Positions 9,804 to 18,513 of a DNA stretch of 64,000 bases are shown in pieces. The notes beneath the pieces are model-generated. The model was given only the letters and a program-made list of their open reading frames with translations. It did not search any database and was not told the DNA's origin. Where the stretch lies: contig JASGHG010000001.1 of assembly GCA_047602425.1 (NCBI GenBank), forward strand, positions 224,001 to 288,000, read 5' to 3'. Positions within the stretch are counted from its first letter, which is position 1; each line of letters starts with the position of its first letter. The position numbers and the translations under genes were made by a program. This stretch comes from Nibricoccus sp. (GTDB lineage Bacteria; Verrucomicrobiota; Verrucomicrobiia; Opitutales; Opitutaceae).

Positions 9804-10740
9804 GCAAAACCAATTCTCTTCGCCAAACAACGACGCTCCGGGAGGGATGTCCCGCCGCACCGCGTTGAAAATCGCCGGCGCGACACTCGGCGCCGCCGCC
9901 TTCGCCAAGGCCGTTGCTCCCATTACACAGTGGGCCGCCGACCAGTCGGTCGATGAGTTTCTCCAAAAACACTACCGCGAACTTTCGCCCGACGACATGG
10001 CCAGAGTCATCGAGCGTTTGGAGAAAGAAACCAAGGAAGATTACGGTGCGGACGTACACATTTCCGATCCCAAGCCCCAGCCCGGCGTCAAATTTGGCTA
10101 TGCGCTCAATTTGTCGATTTGCGTCGGTTGTCGTCGCTGTGCCGAGGCCTGCCACAAGGAAAACAATCACGACCGGCCTTCCGGCAACTCGTACATTCGC
10201 GTGCTCGAAATGCAAAAGGGCACCATCGACCTCGAACAGGGCAATGCCACTTACAAGCACGCCGTTCCCGACCCACAAAAATATTACATGCCCGTGCAGT
10301 GCCAGCAATGCGACAATCCTCCGTGTGTGCATGTCTGTCCGGTCGAAGCCACTTGGAAGGAAAAAGACGGCATCGTGGTCGTCGATTACAACTGGTGCAT
10401 CGGCTGCCGCTATTGCGAGGCCGCATGTCCTTATCACGCCCGGCGCTTCAATTGGACCAAGCCGCAGGTTCCGACCGAGGAGATCACGCCCGTGCAGGCC
10501 TATCTATCGAATCGCATGCGTCCTCAGGGGGTGATGGAGAAATGCACATTCTGTCTGCATCGCACGCGTGAAGGCCGGCTGCCCGCCTGTCTTGAGGCCT
10601 GCCCGACCGGCGCCCGCGTTTTTGGCAATCTTCTCGATCCGAATTCCGAAATTCGCTGGGTCCTCGCCAATAAGCGCGTCTTCGTTCTCAAGGAGGAACT
10701 CGGGACCAAGCCGAGCTTCTTCTACTTCTTCGACAAATAA
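9796..10740 (+). CDS. NrfC/DsrO-like four-cluster 4Fe-4S protein with Tat signal
   Basis: SRRTALK Tat motif; CVGCRRCAEAC, CQQCDNPPCVHVCP, CIGCRYCEAACP, KCTFC..PACLEACP. Confidence 0.9.
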   Translation: MSEQNQFSSPNNDAPGGMSRRTALKIAGATLGAAAFAKAVAPITQWAADQSVDEFLQKHYRELSPDDMARVIERLEKETKEDYGADVHISDPKPQPGVKFGYALNLSICVGCRRCAEACHKENNHDRPSGNSYIRVLEMQKGTIDLEQGNATYKHAVPDPQKYYMPVQCQQCDNPPCVHVCPVEATWKEKDGIVVVDYNWCIGCRYCEAACPYHARRFNWTKPQVPTEEITPVQAYLSNRMRPQGVMEKCTFCLHRTREGRLPACLEACPTGARVFGNLLDPNSEIRWVLANKRVFVLKEELGTKPSFFYFFDK

Positions 10741-10769
10741 ACCGCGCCGCTCCCCTTCCACCTCCGTTG

Positions 10770-12038
10770 ATGCCCGCCCAATCATCCATTTCCCGACCGC
10801 GTTTCGAACCCGATCCAACTCGCGGGCATTTCTCCAACTATGTCCGTTTCCTCTGGCGCGCAGTTGTGGACGCCACGGATGGAAACGGCTGGTTTTATGC
10901 GTGGATGACCTTGCTCTCCGCGGTTGCGCTCGTCGGCCTCAGTGCATGGGCCACACAAATCCGCCATGGCATGGCGGTCACCGCGATGACCGACCACGTT
11001 TCTTGGGGTCTCTACATCGCCAATTTTACCTTCATGGTCGGGCTTGCGGCTGGCGGTGTGATGATGGTTATACCCGCGTATCTCTATCACGACGACGAGA
11101 TGCACGACGTCGTCATCGTCGGTGAAATGCTCGCGATTGCCGCCATCGCCATGTGCATCGCCTTCGTCGTTGTCGACCTCGGCCGACCCGATCGTGCCTG
11201 GCATTTGATCCCTGGCATCGGTGTTTTCCACTGGCCGATGTCGATGCTCACTTGGGACGTACTCGTGCTTAACGGTTACCTCGTCATCAACCTGCATATC
11301 TGCGGCTACCTGCTTTATATGCGCTTTATCGGGCAGCGTCCCAACCCGCGCTGGTACGTGCCGTTTGTTTTCATCTCCATCGTCTGGGCGATCTCCATTC
11401 ACACCGTCACCGCGTTTCTCTACTGTGGTCTTGGCGGCCGGCCATTTTGGAACACCGCGCTTCTCGCGCCGCGCTTTCTCGCCTCCGCTTTCGTCTCCGG
11501 CCCGGCCTTTATCATCGTCGGTCTGCAAATTCTCCGCCGTGTCGCCAACGTCCGGATCGGCGACCGCCCGCTGTCTATTTTGACCAACATCATGCGGGTC
11601 ACGATCCTCATCAACCTGCTCATGGTCGCTTCCGAAGTGTTCACCGAATTTTACAGCGGCACGAGCCACACCTCTGCGGCACGGTATCTTTATTTCGGGC
11701 TGCACGGCGCCCACGGGCTGGTGCCTTGGATCTGGACGTCGGTTGTGTTCGGTGTCGTTTCCGCGATTTTGCTGCTGCGGCCCGGCGTGGTTGCCCACAA
11801 AACCCAACTCACGATTGCCTGCGTGTTGTCGTTTGTCGCTGTTTGGATCGAAAAAGGCATGGGCCTGATCATCCCCGGCTTCATTCCATCGACGTTGCAC
11901 GAGATCGTCGAATATTCGCCCAGTCTCGTCGAATGGCAGATCATGGCCGGCATCTGGGCCATGGGCCTGCTCATCTACACAGTGGCGTTGAAGATCGGTC
12001 TGCCGGTCTTGACGACACCCCATACTACCAAACACTGA
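10770..12038 (+). CDS. NrfD/PsrC/DsrP-family membrane quinol-interacting subunit
   Basis: TAMTDHVSWGLYIANFTFMVGLAAG, VDLGRPDR, SMLTWD, SIHTVTAFL, RPFWNTALLAPRFLASAF; about 10 TM segments. Confidence 0.9.
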   Translation: MPAQSSISRPRFEPDPTRGHFSNYVRFLWRAVVDATDGNGWFYAWMTLLSAVALVGLSAWATQIRHGMAVTAMTDHVSWGLYIANFTFMVGLAAGGVMMVIPAYLYHDDEMHDVVIVGEMLAIAAIAMCIAFVVVDLGRPDRAWHLIPGIGVFHWPMSMLTWDVLVLNGYLVINLHICGYLLYMRFIGQRPNPRWYVPFVFISIVWAISIHTVTAFLYCGLGGRPFWNTALLAPRFLASAFVSGPAFIIVGLQILRRVANVRIGDRPLSILTNIMRVTILINLLMVASEVFTEFYSGTSHTSAARYLYFGLHGAHGLVPWIWTSVVFGVVSAILLLRPGVVAHKTQLTIACVLSFVAVWIEKGMGLIIPGFIPSTLHEIVEYSPSLVEWQIMAGIWAMGLLIYTVALKIGLPVLTTPHTTKH

Positions 12039-12045
12039 GCCCATC

Positions 12046-12459
12046 ATGCTTCGCTGTGGAAAAACCGCCCAGACCGCCATCGCCGCCATGAGCGCGCTTG
12101 CCGAACGCTATGACGCCGGCAAAACCGTCCTCAGCTCGCTCGACATCGCCAAAGACCGCAACCTTCCCCAACCGCTTATCGCGAAACTGCTCACCACGCT
12201 CTCCACCGGCGGACTCGTCGATGGTACCCGCGGCCCTGGCGGTGGCTACTGGCTTGCCAAAGCGCCTTCCCGCATTTCCCTCGCCGACATCGCCGAGCTT
12301 TTTGAAAAAGAGTCCGAGGGGATCATGTGCCCGTTCGGCCCCGATTGGTGCGGCAAGGGCGAGCCCTGTCCGCTTCACAACGAACTCGTCGCCATGAACG
12401 AGCAGTGGGAAACCTTCATGCGTAAAACCACGCTGGCCGTCTTTTCGGCAAAAAAATAG
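12046..12459 (+). CDS. Rrf2-family transcriptional regulator, probably Fe-S binding
   Basis: wHTH with LVDGTRGPGGGYWLAK..ISLADI; C-X6-C-X5-C-X2-H near the C-terminus. Confidence 0.92.
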   Translation: MLRCGKTAQTAIAAMSALAERYDAGKTVLSSLDIAKDRNLPQPLIAKLLTTLSTGGLVDGTRGPGGGYWLAKAPSRISLADIAELFEKESEGIMCPFGPDWCGKGEPCPLHNELVAMNEQWETFMRKTTLAVFSAKK

Positions 12460-12514
12460 CGCGGGCGGCGCAGGCAGTGTTGCCACATAAAGATAACCGC
12501 ATTCCGTCTCGCTC

Positions 12515-12751
12515 ATGCGCATCCTCTTTTTCGGACAACTTAAAACCATCACCGGTCAGCCGGAGATCCAGTTGTCCTTCGCCGCGGGAAACGCAGAAGA
12601 CCTGTGGCAGCGGCTACTCGCTTTACATCCCGGCCTCGCCACGGTCCGCAAACAGGTCCGACTCGCACAAAACGGCGAATTTGCCACAGCCTCCGCCCGT
12701 TTCTCCGACGCCGACGAGATTGCCCTGATTCCGCCTGTATCCGGAGGTTGA
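12515..12751 (+). CDS. moaD: Molybdopterin synthase sulfur carrier subunit
   Basis: MRILFFGQLK...DEIALIPPVSGG, C-terminal GG. Confidence 0.93.
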   Translation: MRILFFGQLKTITGQPEIQLSFAAGNAEDLWQRLLALHPGLATVRKQVRLAQNGEFATASARFSDADEIALIPPVSGG

Positions 12752-12753
12752 AT

Positions 12754-14376
12754 ATGGAGATCGATATCGCCATTTCCTCCGCCTGCCTCGATCAACACCC
12801 GCTGCTTTCCGACCGCGTAACCGACCAAACGGGCGCCGTCGCCGAGTTCAAGGGCTTGGTCCGTCGCGAGGAAGCAGGCCAACCGATCGCCGCACTTGAA
12901 TACGAGGCCTACCAACCGATGGCTGAAAATACAATGCGACGCATCGTCGAAGATCTCGGCAAAACTCATTCCTGCGACCGCGTCGTAATCGTCCATCGCG
13001 TCGGCATGGTGCCCGTGGGCGAAGCCGCGATTATCGTTCGCGTCTGCTCGAAACACCGCGCCGAGGCTTTCGCGCTACTGAGCAGTTTTATGGATCGGCT
13101 CAAACAGGACGTACCGATCTGGAAACTCCGCGGCGTGCCGGCAGAACAGAAAAACGACCCAGTCACCAGCAGCAAAAATCCGCCCGGCTTCAATGAAATC
13201 CTTGCCACCGTCGAAGCCGCCTGCAAACCGCTCGCGACGGAACGTGTTTCGCTCCAGCACGCGGTTGGTCGAATCCTCCGTGAGACCATAACCGCACCGG
13301 AGGACCAACCCGCCTTTGCTCGCTCTGCGGTCGATGGCATCGCTATACGGCTGGACGACTCGTCCGACACTTTCACCGTCGTCGGCGAAATTCGCGCCGG
13401 AGACTGGCATCCGCGCCAACTTCAACCCGGTGAAGCCGTGCGCATCTCCACCGGCGGCGCCCTGCCTTCCGAGGGACTTCAGGTCGTGATGATCGAAGAC
13501 GTTGAGTTTAATGGCAATCGTTGCCGGCTTCTGCGCCGAAACACCGATACCTACGTTCGCGCGCGCGGCGAGGATGTGAAATGCGGCGAAATGCTCCTCG
13601 CCCCCGGCAAGTCTCTCACTCCCGGGGCAATTTCGCTCCTCGCCGGAATCGGCGCCACCGAACCACTCGTCACCCGCACGATCCAAATCGTCCATTTCAC
13701 CACGGGCGACGAGATCGTTTCTCCCGAGCGCCAGCCAGGCCCCGGCCAGATTCGCGATTCCAATTCCCCGCTCGTTCATGCTTTCTTTGCGCAACCAGGT
13801 CTGTGCGCCAAACATCACCATTTGCCCGAAAAATTCAACGAGGCCAAAGCTACGCTCGCCCGGCACGCCACTGAAATTGCCGCCGCCGACATTCTGATTT
13901 TTTCCGGCGGAGCCAGCGTTGGGGCGCACGATCATACACCACAACTGCTCGCTGAACTCGGCTTCGAGCTGAAAATCCACGGTACCCGCCTGCGCCCGGG
14001 CAAACCCATGCTTTTTGCGACCTTCGGGCAGCGTCTCGCTTTTGGTCTGCCGGGCAATCCCCTCGCCCACTTCGTCGGCCTTTTTAGTTTCGTCCGCGCC
14101 GCTGTTGCCCGTCTCAGTGGCGTGGCGGCTCCCACCCTTCAGCACGCAACGCTCTCTTCCGCCCTGGCGGCCGGCGGCAATCCCCGTGAAACCCTCTGGC
14201 CCGCCTTGCTCACTCTCAGTCAAGGCAGCCTGACAGCCGAACCTCTCCGTTGGAGTAATTCCGGTGACCTGGCCGCCCTCTCGCGGGCCAATGGTTTAAT
14301 CCTCGTGCCACCTGGCACCGGCTTGCTCGAACGCCATTCCACAATTAACGTCCTGCCGTGTTCCTCGATCCTTTGA
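12754..14376 (+). CDS. MoaE (molybdopterin synthase catalytic subunit)-MoeA (molybdopterin molybdotransferase) fusion
   Basis: N-terminal MoaE motifs GAVAEFKGLVR, LEYEAY, HRVG, HRAEAF, LKQDVPIWK. MoeA motifs follow with no stop: PAFARSAVDG, TGDEI, IRDSN, SGGASVG, PGKP, GLPGNP. Confidence 0.88.
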   Translation: MEIDIAISSACLDQHPLLSDRVTDQTGAVAEFKGLVRREEAGQPIAALEYEAYQPMAENTMRRIVEDLGKTHSCDRVVIVHRVGMVPVGEAAIIVRVCSKHRAEAFALLSSFMDRLKQDVPIWKLRGVPAEQKNDPVTSSKNPPGFNEILATVEAACKPLATERVSLQHAVGRILRETITAPEDQPAFARSAVDGIAIRLDDSSDTFTVVGEIRAGDWHPRQLQPGEAVRISTGGALPSEGLQVVMIEDVEFNGNRCRLLRRNTDTYVRARGEDVKCGEMLLAPGKSLTPGAISLLAGIGATEPLVTRTIQIVHFTTGDEIVSPERQPGPGQIRDSNSPLVHAFFAQPGLCAKHHHLPEKFNEAKATLARHATEIAAADILIFSGGASVGAHDHTPQLLAELGFELKIHGTRLRPGKPMLFATFGQRLAFGLPGNPLAHFVGLFSFVRAAVARLSGVAAPTLQHATLSSALAAGGNPRETLWPALLTLSQGSLTAEPLRWSNSGDLAALSRANGLILVPPGTGLLERHSTINVLPCSSIL

Positions 14377-14846
14377 AAAGCAAGCGTCCCTCGTCCGCCC
14401 GCGCCAAACTTTCGCACCTCGACGCTGAGGGAAATGCGCGTATGGTCGCCGTCGGTGCGAAGCCTGTTCAACATCGCCTCGCCGTGGCGCAGGGACGCCT
14501 CGTTTGTTCCCCCGACACTTTGCGCCTCCTCAAACGCAAGGCCTTGCCCAAAGGCGACGTTCTCACCGTCGCGCAAATCGCCGGCGTCCAGGCCGCCAAG
14601 GCCACCGCGACCCTCATTCCGCTTTGCCATCCGCTGCCACTCAGTCACGTCGAAATTAATTTCACCGTTCGCCGCGCCAGCATCGAAATTATCTGCAAAG
14701 TCGAAACCCACGCGCAAACCGGCGTCGAAATGGAGGCACTCACCGGCGTCTCAGTCGCGGCCCTCACGCTCTACGATATGTGCAAGGCAGTAGACAAATC
14801 GATGTCGATCGACGACGTTCGCGTGGTTCAAAAGATCAAAAAATGA
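14358..14846 (+). CDS. moaC: Cyclic pyranopterin monophosphate synthase
   Basis: LSHLD..GNARMV, KGDVL, LIPLCHP, TGVEMEALT, YDMCKAVD. Confidence 0.95.
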   Translation: MFLDPLKSKRPSSARAKLSHLDAEGNARMVAVGAKPVQHRLAVAQGRLVCSPDTLRLLKRKALPKGDVLTVAQIAGVQAAKATATLIPLCHPLPLSHVEINFTVRRASIEIICKVETHAQTGVEMEALTGVSVAALTLYDMCKAVDKSMSIDDVRVVQKIKK

Positions 14847-15352
14847 AAATCGGACGCATCACTGTCAGCGATCGCGCTTCCGCCGGGATTTACACCGACC
14901 TTGGCGGTCCCGAGATCGAGCGCGTGCTCCGCGAGCACCTCGGCGAAGGTCACGAATTTGTGAACGTCGTCATTCCCGACGAAAAGGATCTCATCACCGA
15001 AAGATTGCGTCTTCTCTGCCGGCAGGATGGCTGTTCTCTCGTCGTCACGACCGGCGGCACCGGTGTCACACCGCGCGATGTTACGCCCGAGGCGACCCGC
15101 GCTGTATTGGACAAAGAACTACCGGGCTTCGGCGAAGCCATGCGCCTGGGAAATTTCGAGCAGGTCCCCACATCCATCCTCTCCCGCGCCACCGCCGGCA
15201 TCCGCGGCCAGTGCCTCATTATCAATCTCCCGGGCAAGCCCAAGGCCATTGGCGAATGCCTCACTTTGCTCATGCCCGCGATCCGCGAGGCACTTGCCCA
15301 TCTGCAAGGTCGCGATCCTCACGCAGCCGAACCTGCCGCCAAAACCAAGTAA
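14843..15352 (+). CDS. mogA: Molybdopterin adenylyltransferase
   Basis: ITVSDRASAGIY.D, VIPDE, TTGGTG..PRDVTPEAT, LSRATAG, INLPGKPKAI. ATG 14843 overlaps the moaC stop. Confidence 0.92.
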   Translation: MKIGRITVSDRASAGIYTDLGGPEIERVLREHLGEGHEFVNVVIPDEKDLITERLRLLCRQDGCSLVVTTGGTGVTPRDVTPEATRAVLDKELPGFGEAMRLGNFEQVPTSILSRATAGIRGQCLIINLPGKPKAIGECLTLLMPAIREALAHLQGRDPHAAEPAAKTK

Positions 15353-15355
15353 ACC

Positions 15356-16330
15356 ATGGACGCCCACGGCCGCATCGTCGATTATCTGCGCATCTCGGTC
15401 ACCGACCGGTGCAACGAGCGCTGCACCTATTGCATGCCCGAGGGCTACAAAGGCTGGGAACAAAAACCCGATCACCTCACCGCCGACGAAATCGTGCGCG
15501 TGGTGCGGGTGGCCGCTGGTTTGGGTTTTCGCAAATTTCGTCTGACCGGCGGCGAACCGCTCGTCCGTCGCGATCTCGTCGACATTGTTCGCACCATTTC
15601 GGCCATCGAAGGTGTCGAGGCCATTGGACTTTCCACCAATGGCACGAAGCTCGCCGCCCACGCCGAGCCCTTGCGAGCCGCCGGTTTGCGCACGGTCAAC
15701 GTCAGCCTCGATGCACTCGATCCGGCCCTTTATCGCCGCGTCACGGGTGGAGATGTTAACGCCGTGATCTCCGGCATCCGCGCCGCGGTGGCCGCGGGTT
15801 TCGAGCGCGTGAAGCTCAATTGCGTGCTCATGCGCGGCGTGAACGAAAACGAACTCTGGCCGCTCACACAATTCGCCGCCGAGCACAATTTGCCTCTGCG
15901 CCTCATCGAACTCATGCCGCTTACCCGCACCGACGTGCTGAGCGATGCCAACTTCATGCCCGTCGGCGAGGCCATGAAATTGCTCTCGCAACACGACGAA
16001 CTGGTTCCACAGCAAGACGCCCGCATCGGGTGGGGCCCGGCAAAATACTATCAGCTCAAAAACAGCGGCGCGCTCGTCGGCTTCATCGGAGCGCTGACGA
16101 ATCTGCATTTCTGCGAGACCTGCAATAAAATGCGCCTCACCGCCGACGGCAAAATCCGGCCCTGCCTTGGCGATCAAGGCGAGTTCGACCTCCGCACCGC
16201 TCTGCGCAATTCCACCTCCGACGACGCCCTGCGCGCGGCCTTCCTCACCGCATTGGAACGCAAACCGCTCGAACACCAATTCCGCAGCAACTACACCCCC
16301 TGCCGCCCAATGACGGCCATTGGTGGTTAA
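15356..16330 (+). CDS. moaA: GTP 3',8-cyclase (radical SAM)
   Basis: YLRISVTDRCNERCTYCMP, RLTGGEP, FCETCNKMRLTADG..RPCL, C-terminal IGG. Confidence 0.96.
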   Translation: MDAHGRIVDYLRISVTDRCNERCTYCMPEGYKGWEQKPDHLTADEIVRVVRVAAGLGFRKFRLTGGEPLVRRDLVDIVRTISAIEGVEAIGLSTNGTKLAAHAEPLRAAGLRTVNVSLDALDPALYRRVTGGDVNAVISGIRAAVAAGFERVKLNCVLMRGVNENELWPLTQFAAEHNLPLRLIELMPLTRTDVLSDANFMPVGEAMKLLSQHDELVPQQDARIGWGPAKYYQLKNSGALVGFIGALTNLHFCETCNKMRLTADGKIRPCLGDQGEFDLRTALRNSTSDDALRAAFLTALERKPLEHQFRSNYTPCRPMTAIGG

Positions 16331-16340
16331 GCTTAGTTTG

Positions 16341-17612
16341 TCATCTCGGATCGACCACGCGGCCGAGAAACAAACATGCGCCGCTCGCGCGATGCTGAAT
16401 GGCAAATAGAAATGGCCGGTCGACTTTCATTTCAACGGGCTTGGGGCGTTTGGTAATTCCAAATCCCGCAACCACCGTCACCACGGTAGCCGCGGCCGCC
16501 TCGGTTCCTTTTTCATCCACTTCGATAAAGGCCTTGTGGAATACATTGGAAAGCAGCAGGTAATCGTTCGGTTTGCGCGGAACCATCCGATCAAAATTGG
16601 CGCTACCTTTCGGTTTGTCAAAGGCGGTCATCATCCCCAAAACCTGAAACTCCTCCGCCAAAGCGACGCCTTGCGGCTCAATTTTGAATTTCGGCAGATG
16701 CAGGATCACTTCCGTTTCAGCCGCCTTTGCACAATCAGCCAGGATCTGTGGCGTCAGGATTTTTTCGACTGACGTCACGCTGGTATTCTTGTTGGGCAAA
16801 AGAACCAACAGTTGGAGTTCCTCGCCGACATAGCGAATCGTCACCGCGGAAAATCCCTCGCCGCGCATAAAACCGAAATGCCGCTGCGCCTGCATTGTCG
16901 GCACCTTCGCCTCCAATTTACCATCGACAAAAAACGTTTCTGTCTTTGTCCCGTATTCTGAAAACTCGTGCGCCCACGGGGCCTTCAGCCAAACTGCGTT
17001 CACCAGGGTCAGCCGAGTCTGGGAATCCAATCCACGCGGCGGAATGACATTGCGGATTCGTTCGTGCGTCTGCTGTGCCACCCATTGGTTGATTTCCTCG
17101 CGCACTTTCTCGGCGTTGTTCCGGAAATCCACCGCTTGAAAAGACGCGCCGTGGTCCGTCTGGACTTTGGTTAAAAATGCAGAGCGAAAAGCATAACCAG
17201 ACTGGCCGTACAAACGATTCGCCACATTCAAGGAGATGGGTTCGCTTGGCCCACCATACGCATTCGATTTCTCCACCATTTTCGCCGAACGAAGACAAAC
17301 ACCGTTCAATTCATGCACGAAAGCATCGAATGAACGGTGCAGCGCCGCGTCGTCGACGGGATAATGCAGCACCTTCGCCATTTCCGCCTTGGTCTCGCCA
17401 TCGGCCCCAGCGTAGGTCATCGCGAGAGCCGATTGGATTGAGTACGGCGAAATCAGCGCGTTCTCGTTTGTCTTGGCCACGCGAGGGAGCAGGTCGAGGT
17501 CGAGCGCGTTCATCGAATTGGCTGCGATATCGAGTTCACCTGCCACGGATATTTGAGCCGCTGTCAGGCTCATTGACGCCATGCAGCAGAGGAAAACTTT
17601 TTTAAGAAACAT
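16341..17612 (-). CDS. Secreted serpin (serine protease inhibitor)
   Basis: Signal peptide; N.LISPYSI..ALAM.YAGA.GET, INQWV, LVNAVW.K..W, LHLPKFKI, HKAFIEVDEKGTEAAAAT, VDRPFLFAI, LFLGRV.DP. Confidence 0.95.
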   Translation of the reverse strand: MFLKKVFLCCMASMSLTAAQISVAGELDIAANSMNALDLDLLPRVAKTNENALISPYSIQSALAMTYAGADGETKAEMAKVLHYPVDDAALHRSFDAFVHELNGVCLRSAKMVEKSNAYGGPSEPISLNVANRLYGQSGYAFRSAFLTKVQTDHGASFQAVDFRNNAEKVREEINQWVAQQTHERIRNVIPPRGLDSQTRLTLVNAVWLKAPWAHEFSEYGTKTETFFVDGKLEAKVPTMQAQRHFGFMRGEGFSAVTIRYVGEELQLLVLLPNKNTSVTSVEKILTPQILADCAKAAETEVILHLPKFKIEPQGVALAEEFQVLGMMTAFDKPKGSANFDRMVPRKPNDYLLLSNVFHKAFIEVDEKGTEAAAATVVTVVAGFGITKRPKPVEMKVDRPFLFAIQHRASGACLFLGRVVDPR

Positions 17613-17684
17613 GAAAGGAAATGAAATTCTTCGCGGTTCGCCAAGCGACTACGTGCAACTGGAGGTTTTATTACAGGCGTTCTC

Positions 17685-18431
17685 TCAGAGACGCGCCAGC
17701 CACCAAGCTACCACGCTCGTCACAAAGGCCCAACTGAAGCTGATCAACGTGCCGATGGTGATGTATTCGGCTTCCATCCGATTTTCCCTGTCCTTTAGTT
17801 CGCCAAAGCGAAAAATCGATTTCGCCGCCACTAGAAAACCGACACCCGCGAGATGTCCCATGCCAATGAGCATGAAGATGAGCAGGCGTTCCATTTGGCC
17901 GATCACGCGTCCGCCATTCGTTAGACCGCGCGCCTTGGCCCCCTCACCCGCGCCGATGTTTGCGCGCTCGATTTCGTCCAGATACGGCTTCACCCAAAAG
18001 CCGACGAGGATGCCGCCCACCCGGACGCAGAGAACAAAGCCCGTCGCGAGAATCCAGCAACGCCAGGCCAGCAGCCCGAAACGGTTGCCCCAAAGCGTCA
18101 GTTCCCCCTGCCGTGTAAACATCCATGCGAGAAGCGCCACCACGGCCAGATGCGCCGCCTGATCGAGCAGAAAAACGCGCAACGATCCACGAGCCTGAGC
18201 CTTAAGATGATCGATCGCCGCATGACTGAGAAAAACAAACGCCGGCAAAAGCCAAAGATCCCAACGCCCTGCCGCAACATAGGCCAGCGCCGCAGCGATC
18301 AAGCTGTGCAGCAGCAAGACCGGCGTGCGCTTCTTCTCCTTCACCATCCAGTCCGGTTGAAAAACAAAATCCGCCAGCGCATGCGCAGCCAGCAGCGAGA
18401 GTCCGAGATCGATCTGGGCGTGGGTCAACAT
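17685..18431 (-). CDS. DUF3307-family membrane protein
   Basis: AHALADFVFQP..MV..K, LLHS, SHAAID, FLLDQAAH, GRVIGQMERLL, AAKSIFRF, EYITIGTLISF. Confidence 0.85.
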   Translation of the reverse strand: MLTHAQIDLGLSLLAAHALADFVFQPDWMVKEKKRTPVLLLHSLIAAALAYVAAGRWDLWLLPAFVFLSHAAIDHLKAQARGSLRVFLLDQAAHLAVVALLAWMFTRQGELTLWGNRFGLLAWRCWILATGFVLCVRVGGILVGFWVKPYLDEIERANIGAGEGAKARGLTNGGRVIGQMERLLIFMLIGMGHLAGVGFLVAAKSIFRFGELKDRENRMEAEYITIGTLISFSWAFVTSVVAWWLARL

Positions 18432-18454
18432 GGGGGTATTACGGGATTTTTCTA

Positions 18455-18505
18455 TTACAACCTACCAAGGTTGTTTTTACTATTTACAACTTCCTGAGGT
18501 TGTAA
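18455..18505. promoter_or_regulatory. Two tandem palindromes (TTACAACCT-N4-AGGTTGTAA consensus), candidate operators
   Basis: ACAACCT-ACCA-AGGTTGT at 18457-18474 and TTACAACTT-CCTG-AGGTTGTAA at 18484-18505, period 29 bp, in an AT-rich intergenic gap. Confidence 0.7.
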
Positions 18506-18513
18506 GCCGAAAA

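Noticed and set aside
9153..12038. Dissimilatory sulfur metabolism (dsr) or nitrite ammonification (nrfA) locus
   Set aside because: No dsrAB/dsrMK and no CxxCK pentaheme NrfA in the window; only the electron-transfer triad is present.
12488..12510. Possible second Rrf2 site (TAAAGATAACC) upstream of moaD
   Set aside because: Only one half-site matches; no convincing symmetry.
18455..18505. Tandem palindromes as a mini-CRISPR
   Set aside because: Only two copies about 7 bp apart, no spacer-length sequence and no cas genes; better explained as operators.
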